64,000 bases of DNA from Escherichia phage 310Ecol104PP: the sequence record OR062946.1; one strand, given 5' to 3'. Position 1 is the stretch's first letter; every line of letters begins with the position of its first letter. This document shows, in pieces, positions 57,191 to 64,000 of this stretch. A model generated the notes under the pieces. The model was not told the origin of the DNA. It saw only the letters and a program-made list of their open reading frames with translations, and ran no database searches. The position numbers were made by a program, and so were the translations under genes.

Positions 57191-57216
57191 TTTAATCTCC
57201 TCATGTTTTTGATAGG

Positions 57217-57250
57217 TCTATAGTAACATGTGATAACCTTGCTGTAAACA
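57217..57250 (-). promoter_or_regulatory. T4-type early promoter (minus strand) for the 64 aa ORF
   Basis: gtaaac at 57244-57249 and tatagtaac near 57219. Confidence 0.5.
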
Positions 57251-57255
57251 ACTTT

Positions 57256-57263
57256 TATAAATA
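57256..57263 (+). promoter_or_regulatory. T4 late promoter (TATAAATA) for gene 24
   Basis: Exact TATAAATA about 29 nt upstream of the gene 24 ATG; back-to-back with the minus-strand early promoter. Confidence 0.6.
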
Positions 57264-57291
57264 AACATATACCCTCAATAAGGAAAGCGCA

Positions 57292-58575
57292 ATGGCTAAA
57301 ATCAACGAACTTTTGCGCGAATCAACCACAACGAATAGCAACTCAATCGGTCGCCCAAATCTCGTTGCTTTGACTCGCGCTACCACTAAATTAATATATT
57401 CTGACATTGTAGCAACGCAAAGAACTAATCAACCTGTTGCTGCTTTTTATGGTATCAAATACCTTAACCCAGATAACGAATTTACATTTAAAACTGGTGC
57501 TACTTACGCTGGCGAAGCTGGGTACGTAGACCGAGAACAAATCACAGAATTAACAGAAGAGTCTAAATTAACTCTCAATAAAGGCGATTTATTCAAATAT
57601 AATAATATCGTTTATAAAGTATTAGAAGATACACCATTTGCTGATATTGAAGAAAGCGATTTAGAATTAGCTCTTCAGATTGCAATTGTTCTTTTAAAGG
57701 TTCGTCTATTTTCTGATGCTGCAGTAACAAGCAAATTTGAAAACTCTGATAGCGAAATTGCGGATGCTAGATTCCAGATTAATAAATGGCAAACCGCAGT
57801 TAAATCTCGTAAACTTAAAACTGGCATTACAGTTGAATTAGCACAAGATTTAGAAGCAAATGGATTCGATGCTCCTAATTTCTTGGAAGATTTGCTTGCA
57901 ACTGAAATGGCAGATGAAATCAATAAAGATATTCTGCAATCTTTGATTACAGTATCAAAACGCTATAAAGTTACAGGAATTACTGATAGTGGATTCATCG
58001 ATTTGAGTTATGCATCTGCTCCTGAAGCTGGTCGTTCATTATACCGAATGGTATGTGAAATGGTTTCGCATATCCAAAAAGAATCAACTTATACAGCAAC
58101 GTTCTGTGTTGCTTCTGCTCGTGCCGCTGCGATTCTTGCTGCATCAGGTTGGTTAAAACATAAACCAGAAGATGACAAATATCTTTCGCAAAATGCCTAT
58201 GGGTTCTTAGCTAATGGTTTACCGCTTTATTGCGATACTAACAGCCCATTAGATTATGTAATCGTTGGCGTAGTAGAAAATATTGGTGAAAAAGAAATTG
58301 TCGGATCAATTTTCTATGCTCCGTATACAGAAGGTCTTGACTTAGATGACCCTGAACATGTAGGTGCATTTAAAGTTGTAGTTGATCCAGAAAGCTTACA
58401 ACCATCTATCGGTTTATTGGTTAGATATGCTTTATCTGCAAATCCTTACACTGTAGCAAAAGATGAAAAAGAAGCAAGAATAATTGATGGTGGAGACATG
58501 GATAAAATGGCGGGTCGTTCAGATTTGTCTGTTTTATTAGGTGTTAAATTACCAAAAATTATCGTTGATGAATAA
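57292..58575 (+). CDS. 24: capsid vertex protein gp24
   Basis: 427 aa gp23 paralog in T4 order. Confidence 0.95.
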   Translation: MAKINELLRESTTTNSNSIGRPNLVALTRATTKLIYSDIVATQRTNQPVAAFYGIKYLNPDNEFTFKTGATYAGEAGYVDREQITELTEESKLTLNKGDLFKYNNIVYKVLEDTPFADIEESDLELALQIAIVLLKVRLFSDAAVTSKFENSDSEIADARFQINKWQTAVKSRKLKTGITVELAQDLEANGFDAPNFLEDLLATEMADEINKDILQSLITVSKRYKVTGITDSGFIDLSYASAPEAGRSLYRMVCEMVSHIQKESTYTATFCVASARAAAILAASGWLKHKPEDDKYLSQNAYGFLANGLPLYCDTNSPLDYVIVGVVENIGEKEIVGSIFYAPYTEGLDLDDPEHVGAFKVVVDPESLQPSIGLLVRYALSANPYTVAKDEKEARIIDGGDMDKMAGRSDLSVLLGVKLPKIIVDE

Positions 58576-58578
58576 AAC

Positions 58579-58606
58579 AAAGGGACCGAAAGGTCCCTTT
58601 TTATTT
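58579..58606. terminator. bidirectional rho-independent terminator between gene 24 and rnlB
   Basis: Hairpin agggaccgaaaggtccct flanked by A-run and T-run. Confidence 0.6.
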
Positions 58607-59609
58607 AACTTACCAGTTCAATCCAAGCCGGACGAAGTACATCTTGTACCATTTTAACTAATTCCTTTTTAATCAAAGAAGGATTATCCGCTTGAGTTAG
58701 AGTAATACCTTCACGAGAAGTTTCTTCCAAAATATCTTGAACAGTTAGTCCCATCACCTTTCCAAAATCTTTTGGACCAATTTCGCCAATTTTAGAAATA
58801 ACGTTATTTACTCGGTTCAGTGTAACGTAGCAAGCTAAAATTCCCAGCAATTTATTATCAGCTTCTGACAGTTCAACTTTAGCTTTAATAGGCTTATCAG
58901 ACTTTTTCTTTTCGCTAAATTTAGAGTTCTTGCATTTAATAGCTACACGATTGCCATTAGGCATCCAAGAAGGATAACAAGGTTTCAATACATATCCTTC
59001 AGCAGTAAATACTTCGCCTTTTGCTTCGGCATTCCAAACGCATTTATTTGCATCAACTAATCCAGCATGGTCTACTGTAAAATTATAATCCTGGACGACA
59101 GAATCTAAATCATTTGGCAATTTAATAAGCTCTTCAAATTTACCGCGACCTAAAAGTGGAGCCATTTTAAATTTGAATGTATTACAGAATGATTCCAACA
59201 TATAATCATCGACATAAGTCACATCACCACTTTCGGTAGTAACAATAATGTCAAATACATAAAAATCTTTATCACCATAATCAACATTCTTCTGAATGCC
59301 AGGTCCAGCGAATTCGCCAAAGACTTGATAAGATACAACTGCCGAAGTTTCCATAATATCTTGTACTGCTTTAATGGAATCAGCGTAATTCTTTAGAATA
59401 ATTTCATACCCAAAGAAATCTTCAGCAGGAAGAATCGGTCCAGTACGTTTAGCACAAGTTGCTTTATCGCGTTCAATAATCAGTGAGAAATTTGTGCCAT
59501 GAATCTTTTCACGAGCTACCCATTCGCCGCCAGTCAATCCTAAGCTGTAAAGTTTTTCAATGAATTTAGAATTATAATGATTTTCAAGACTGCTATACTT
59601 TTTAAACAT
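58605..59609 (-). CDS. rnlB: RNA ligase 2
   Basis: 334 aa [23 protein letters not shown] ... EKIHGTNFS (lysine nucleotidyltransferase motif KxHG); recognised as T4 Rnl2. Confidence 0.95.
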   Translation of the reverse strand: MFKKYSSLENHYNSKFIEKLYSLGLTGGEWVAREKIHGTNFSLIIERDKATCAKRTGPILPAEDFFGYEIILKNYADSIKAVQDIMETSAVVSYQVFGEFAGPGIQKNVDYGDKDFYVFDIIVTTESGDVTYVDDYMLESFCNTFKFKMAPLLGRGKFEELIKLPNDLDSVVQDYNFTVDHAGLVDANKCVWNAEAKGEVFTAEGYVLKPCYPSWMPNGNRVAIKCKNSKFSEKKKSDKPIKAKVELSEADNKLLGILACYVTLNRVNNVISKIGEIGPKDFGKVMGLTVQDILEETSREGITLTQADNPSLIKKELVKMVQDVLRPAWIELVS

Positions 59610-59618
59610 AATTAATCC

Positions 59619-59897
59619 TCAAAATGTAATTTCTAACCAATCACCATCACGCTGATCACTATTGACTTTAAAGCTAAATCCTTCTTTTCTCAGCCAATCA
59701 CCAATTTCTTCAGTAATCAATTTATCGCGAGCAGTACAATAATAACTAAAATATGTTTTACCTTGTTCAGCTGCTTTATTAGCAAGTTCCGAAAAATCTT
59801 TAATAAAACACTCTAGCTTGAACTGTTTGCTTTTAAGTGCTTTTTCGCGTAATTGATTAGCAAAAGATTCATTTTCATAAAGATCATACTGTTCCAT
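59619..59897 (-). CDS. hypothetical protein at the T4 24.2 position (92 aa)
   Basis: Small ORF between rnlB and hoc; synteny only. Confidence 0.5.
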   Translation of the reverse strand: MEQYDLYENESFANQLREKALKSKQFKLECFIKDFSELANKAAEQGKTYFSYYCTARDKLITEEIGDWLRKEGFSFKVNSDQRDGDWLEITF

Positions 59898-60099
59898 TTT
59901 TCACCTTTTTATTAATATGTCTTTTTCTATAGACAACTTTTTCTCGAGTCTCAAATTTATTCTTAGCAGTCATAGCTCGAGCCCATAATACAGCCACTTC
60001 CTTTGCCTGTAAGTTCAATTCACGAGCAATTTCAATGAATGACTTTCCAGACTCATGGAGTGTAAACACCACAACCTCAGTTCTCATAATCAATCTCAT
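59884..60099 (-). CDS. hypothetical protein at the T4 24.3 position (71 aa)
   Basis: Small ORF between rnlB and hoc; synteny only. Confidence 0.45.
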   Translation of the reverse strand: MRLIMRTEVVVFTLHESGKSFIEIARELNLQAKEVAVLWARAMTAKNKFETREKVVYRKRHINKKVKNGTV

Positions 60100-60154
60100 G
60101 TTATCGAGTTGGTGCCATTATATACATCATTTTCTGAGTGTGTTTTGTGTGCTT

Positions 60155-60183
60155 TCAAAATGAAGAAAGGGGCCGAAGCCCCT
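60155..60183 (-). terminator. rho-independent terminator (minus strand) after hoc
   Basis: Hairpin ggggccgaagcccc followed on the minus strand by a T-rich run. Confidence 0.55.
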
Positions 60184-60187
60184 GAGA

Positions 60188-61606
60188 TTATGGATAGGTA
60201 TAGATGATACCAGTTTCTAAAGCAGTTTTATGAATGATGTATCCATTACGCGATTCTTGAACATCAACTTCTGGATAGTCTTTCATCATCTTCTGAAGAG
60301 TGTAACGATGCAGGTAGTATTTACTATCTGGATCTTCAGTTTTCCAATCTTTACCTTCTTCAGTCATTTTTTGGATTTCATCCATAACCCACCAACCGCA
60401 CCAGATGTAAGCTGAGCTACGGTGTGGAAGAGGATGAACATAAGGTAATTCACCTTCTGGTTCTGGAGCAACTTTATCAGTTACCTGAACTTGACCTGTT
60501 GTTTTAACTGTTTTGCTATCATAATCAGTTGCTGTAACGACAGCAGTAACTTCAATAGTTTGACTTCCAACAGATGAAGTATCAACGGTGTATACATTAG
60601 TTGACCCTTCTACAGGAGAAGAATCTTTCTTCCATGAATATTCAATTTGCGCTTCTTCTGGAGCACCAGTAACATTAGCAGTAAATGTAGCCGAAGCATC
60701 TTGTTGAACGTTAATAGAAGGAGGAGTCAATGTAACCTGTGGATTCATTGTCTTCTTATTAACCGTTAATGATACTTCATTCGAAGTAACTTCCTTTTCA
60801 TTGTAATTTTCTGCAGTTACTTGGGCTACGCATTTAATTCTTTTTACTCCACTTGTAGTTGGAGTATAGCTAAATGTAGAGTTAGTTTCTCCACTAATTT
60901 GAGAATCATCTACATACCATTTATATGTAGCAGACGCTCCATCAGGTTGAGAAACTAAAGCAGCAGTAAATTGAACCGGGGTTCCAATTACTCCTGCTGG
61001 AGGACTATCAGGAGTTACTGCCAAAGTAGTTGTCTGCTCCTTTTTATTAACAGTCAGTGATACTTCATTAGAAGTAACGCTTAGTGCATCATAATCTGTC
61101 GCGGTTACTTGAGCTACACACTTAATTTTTTTAACTCCGCTTGTGGCAGGAGTGTAATTGAATGTAGCGCTAGTTGCTTCGTCCACAGGAGAACCGTCAA
61201 CGTACCATTGATACGTAGCAGATGCACCTGATGGCTGTGAAGCTAAAGCGGCAGTAAATTCAATAGCTGTTCCGATTACTCCAGCATCAGGGCTACCAGG
61301 AGTTACGGCTAAAGTAGTTGTTTGTGTCTTATTTTGAATTGTGATAGTTGTACTAATTTCAGCTGTTTCGGGACTACTATCGGCAACTTGATTTGTTGCA
61401 ACTACTTTAATAGTCTTTTGACCGGCAGGTCCTTTTAGTACATAACTAAAAGTTGCTGACGTTTCTTCCTGTTGAACATTATCTACAGTCCAAGCATATG
61501 TAATAGGTCCATCTCCAGTTTGACCACTGGGTGTAGCAGTAAACTGCTGAGTCTGATCTATAACTCCAGTAGGTGTTTTAGGAGTTATATCAACTGTAAA
61601 AGTCAT
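60188..61606 (-). CDS. hoc: highly immunogenic outer capsid protein Hoc with an extra tandem Ig-like domain
   Basis: 472 aa; N-terminus MTFTVDITPKTPTGVID and C-terminus GWWVMDEIQKM ... IIYTYP as in T4 Hoc (376 aa as recalled); two tandem ~96 aa Ig-like copies. Confidence 0.9.
   Translation of the reverse strand: MTFTVDITPKTPTGVIDQTQQFTATPSGQTGDGPITYAWTVDNVQQEETSATFSYVLKGPAGQKTIKVVATNQVADSSPETAEISTTITIQNKTQTTTLAVTPGSPDAGVIGTAIEFTAALASQPSGASATYQWYVDGSPVDEATSATFNYTPATSGVKKIKCVAQVTATDYDALSVTSNEVSLTVNKKEQTTTLAVTPDSPPAGVIGTPVQFTAALVSQPDGASATYKWYVDDSQISGETNSTFSYTPTTSGVKRIKCVAQVTAENYNEKEVTSNEVSLTVNKKTMNPQVTLTPPSINVQQDASATFTANVTGAPEEAQIEYSWKKDSSPVEGSTNVYTVDTSSVGSQTIEVTAVVTATDYDSKTVKTTGQVQVTDKVAPEPEGELPYVHPLPHRSSAYIWCGWWVMDEIQKMTEEGKDWKTEDPDSKYYLHRYTLQKMMKDYPEVDVQESRNGYIIHKTALETGIIYTYP
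60755..61330 (-). repeat. tandem in-frame duplication (2 x ~288 bp) encoding two Ig-like domains inside hoc
   Basis: Protein copies QTTTLAVTPGSPDAGVIGTAIEFTAAL ... SLTVNKK and QTTTLAVTPDSPPAGVIGTPVQFTAAL ... SLTVNKK, about 75 percent identical by eye. Confidence 0.85.
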
Positions 61607-61615
61607 AAGTTATCC

Positions 61616-62296
61616 TTATTTTAATGTTACGAAAGAAGAATTGCGTGTTTCACGAATTAAAACTGATCCGTCACGGTTAATGTAATAAATTAAGCTAAAT
61701 AAAGTTTGGTGTGCTGACGCATGCTCAAAACTTGTTGGGTGAGATTTCCAATCCGGAGTTTCAGCAATCCATTGATAAATCCACCAAGGAACAGTGCAGA
61801 ATCCTGGATTTTTTCCAATCAGCTGAAGATTCGGACTAAAGTTTTCCGGAAGAGTAAATACAGACGGCTTTTCAGATTCAATAATCTCAGCTACAGCCTG
61901 TTCAAACTTTTCTTCAACAAAGGGAGTATCTTCAATCAAAACATCGGTATTTTCAGGAATTTTATCCGTTTCTACTACTTCAATTTTAATGTCAGATTTA
62001 ACCGGAGAATCAATCAGAAGTGCTGCTTCTGGATTGACTTCTTCATCGTCATATTTTAACCCCTCTGCAGCATCAGCAGCATCAATTAAGTCTTTAATAG
62101 ATAACCCATCAGTCTCCGGCATAGGTTCACTAGCGAGCTTCTGGAGGGCTTCTTCAATATCAACAACGATATTATCAAAAGATTTATTCTTTTTGACCTT
62201 TATACCAAACTGTTCAGCGTATTCAGCTAATTTAGCTTTAGCTTCTTTATTATCATCAAGAGCCTTCAGCTCTGCAATATAATCTTTATCTATCAT
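61616..62296 (-). CDS. inh: inhibitor of prohead protease gp21
   Basis: 226 aa between hoc and uvsW, T4 order and length. Confidence 0.8.
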   Translation of the reverse strand: MIDKDYIAELKALDDNKEAKAKLAEYAEQFGIKVKKNKSFDNIVVDIEEALQKLASEPMPETDGLSIKDLIDAADAAEGLKYDDEEVNPEAALLIDSPVKSDIKIEVVETDKIPENTDVLIEDTPFVEEKFEQAVAEIIESEKPSVFTLPENFSPNLQLIGKNPGFCTVPWWIYQWIAETPDWKSHPTSFEHASAHQTLFSLIYYINRDGSVLIRETRNSSFVTLK

Positions 62297-62309
62297 AATA
62301 TTTCCTCAG

Positions 62310-62317
62310 TATAAATA
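62310..62317 (+). promoter_or_regulatory. T4 late promoter (TATAAATA) for uvsW
   Basis: Exact TATAAATA about 30 nt upstream of the uvsW ATG. Confidence 0.6.
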
Positions 62318-62346
62318 TAGATATATTTATTACATGGTATTTAGAC

Positions 62347-63858
62347 ATGACTGACATTAAAGTACATTTTTATGATTTTAGTCACGTGAGAATTGATTGT
62401 GAAGAAAGTACATTTCATGAACTCCGTGATTTCTTTAGCTTTGAAGCTGATGGGTATCGTTTTAATCCGAAATACAAATATGGTCACTGGGATGGACGAA
62501 TCCGTCTTTTAGATTATAATCGTCTTCTTCCATTTGGCTTAGTCGGGCAAATTAAAAAGTTCTGTGATAACTTTGGCTATAAAGCCTGGATTGACCCGCA
62601 AATTAACGAAAAAGAAGAATTATCAAGAAAAGATTTTGATGAATGGCTTTCTAAATTAGAAATCTATTCAGGAAATAAAAGAATTGAACCGCATTGGTAT
62701 CAAAAAGATGCAGTGTTCGAAGGATTAGTTAATCGTCGTAGAATTCTTAATCTTCCAACATCCGCTGGTAAATCTTTAATTCAAGCTTTGCTTGCGCGAT
62801 ATTATTTGGAAAATTATGAAGGTAAAATTCTTATCATTGTTCCAACAACTGCTCTGACAACTCAGATGGCTGATGACTTTGTTGACTATCGTTTATTCAG
62901 TCATGCAATGATAAAGAAAATTGGTGGCGGAGCATCAAAAGATGATAAATATAAAAATGATGCACCAGTCGTTGTTGGTACATGGCAAACTGTAGTTAAA
63001 CAACCGAAAGAATGGTTCTCACAGTTTGGAATGATGATGAATGATGAATGCCATCTTGCTACAGGAAAAAGTATTTCATCTATCATATCAGGTTTAAATA
63101 ACTGCATGTTCAAATTCGGTTTGTCTGGTTCATTACGTGATGGCAAAGCCAATATCATGCAGTATGTTGGAATGTTTGGTGAAATATTTAAGCCAGTAAC
63201 GACTTCTAAATTAATGGAAGATGGACAAGTAACTGAGCTAAAAATTAATAGTATTTTTCTTCGCTATCCCGATGAGTTCACTACTAAATTAAAGGGAAAA
63301 ACTTACCAAGAAGAAATAAAAATTATTACTGGGCTCAGTAAAAGAAATAAATGGATCGCTAAATTAGCTATTAAGCTTGCGCAAAAAGATGAAAACGCTT
63401 TTGTCATGTTTAAACATGTATCGCATGGTAAAGCTATTTTCGATTTAATTAAAAATGAGTACGATAAAGTTTATTACGTATCAGGGGAAGTTGATACCGA
63501 AACCCGCAATATAATGAAAACCTTAGCTGAAAATGGTAAAGGAATAATTATAGTAGCTAGTTATGGTGTATTTTCTACTGGTATTTCAGTTAAAAATCTG
63601 CATCACGTTGTTTTAGCGCACGGTGTTAAATCAAAAATCATTGTATTACAAACAATCGGTCGTGTATTACGTAAGCATGGTTCTAAAACAATCGCAACAG
63701 TCTGGGACCTCATAGATGATTGTGGCGTTAAGCCAAAATCTGCTAATACGAAAAAGAAATATGTTCATTTGAACTATCTTTTAAAACACGGCATTGATCG
63801 TATTCAGCGCTACGCAGATGAAAAATTTAATTACGTAATGAAAACAGTTAATTTATAA
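62347..63858 (+). CDS. uvsW: UvsW DNA/RNA helicase (SF2)
   Basis: 503 aa; Walker A PTSAGKS and DECH box; recognised as T4 UvsW. Confidence 0.97.
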   Translation: MTDIKVHFYDFSHVRIDCEESTFHELRDFFSFEADGYRFNPKYKYGHWDGRIRLLDYNRLLPFGLVGQIKKFCDNFGYKAWIDPQINEKEELSRKDFDEWLSKLEIYSGNKRIEPHWYQKDAVFEGLVNRRRILNLPTSAGKSLIQALLARYYLENYEGKILIIVPTTALTTQMADDFVDYRLFSHAMIKKIGGGASKDDKYKNDAPVVVGTWQTVVKQPKEWFSQFGMMMNDECHLATGKSISSIISGLNNCMFKFGLSGSLRDGKANIMQYVGMFGEIFKPVTTSKLMEDGQVTELKINSIFLRYPDEFTTKLKGKTYQEEIKIITGLSKRNKWIAKLAIKLAQKDENAFVMFKHVSHGKAIFDLIKNEYDKVYYVSGEVDTETRNIMKTLAENGKGIIIVASYGVFSTGISVKNLHHVVLAHGVKSKIIVLQTIGRVLRKHGSKTIATVWDLIDDCGVKPKSANTKKKYVHLNYLLKHGIDRIQRYADEKFNYVMKTVNL

Positions 63859-63883
63859 GGGCTTCGGCCCTTTGGAGAAAAAG

Positions 63884-64000
63884 ATGTTACTAGAATTTAA
63901 ACAATTTCTTTATGAAGCTTCTATTGATGAATTTATGGGTAAAATTGCCTCTTGTCAAACATTAGAAGGTTTAGAAGAACTTGAAGCTTATTATAAGAAA
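63884..64000 (+). CDS. uvsW.1: small protein UvsW.1, partial (runs off window end)
   Basis: ATG at 63884 after a hairpin; MLLEFKQFLYEASIDEFMGK; open to window end. Confidence 0.55.
   Translation, partial: MLLEFKQFLYEASIDEFMGKIASCQTLEGLEELEAYYKK

Noticed and set aside
56889-57212. Plus-strand ORF of 107 aa between genes 23 and 24
   Set aside because: Spans the gene 23 terminator hairpin and the tandem repeat, and is antisense to the better-supported 64 aa minus-strand ORF with SD and early promoter; hydrophobic junk-like translation.

Overview
This window is a segment of a T4-type (T-even, Tevenvirinae) Escherichia phage genome, with many proteins near-identical to T4 proteins as I recall them (lysozyme e, thymidine kinase, RegB, gp23, UvsW, Rnl2, fibritin). 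Positions 1-26.3 kb are an early/accessory region on the minus strand: rI lysis-inhibition locus, tk, a TARG1-like macro domain gene, regB, a GrcA-like glycyl-radical cofactor, lysozyme e, nudE, a 10-tRNA cluster, several capsid-targeting-sequence (CTS) internal-protein genes, 57B (Acb1 anti-CBASS), 57A and gene 1. Positions 28.3-58.6 kb are the plus-strand late block in T4 order (53, 5, 5.1, 5.4, 6-12, wac, 13-20, 67, 68, 21-24), followed by rnlB, hoc, inh (minus) and uvsW/uvsW.1 (plus). No homing endonuclease (seg/mob) or denV-like ORF was recognised, so the phage is a close T4 relative, not T4 itself. The best candidates for undescribed biology are the unannotated early genes: a P-loop ATPase / Pol-beta-type nucleotidyltransferase / 2-TM protein block (3.3-6.2 kb), the macro domain gene, the variable CTS internal-protein cassettes, and a Hoc with a duplicated Ig-like domain. 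All identifications rest on reading the supplied ORF translations and sequence by eye and on recalled T4 knowledge; no database search was run, and coordinates of promoters, terminators and tRNA ends are approximate (+/- a few nt).
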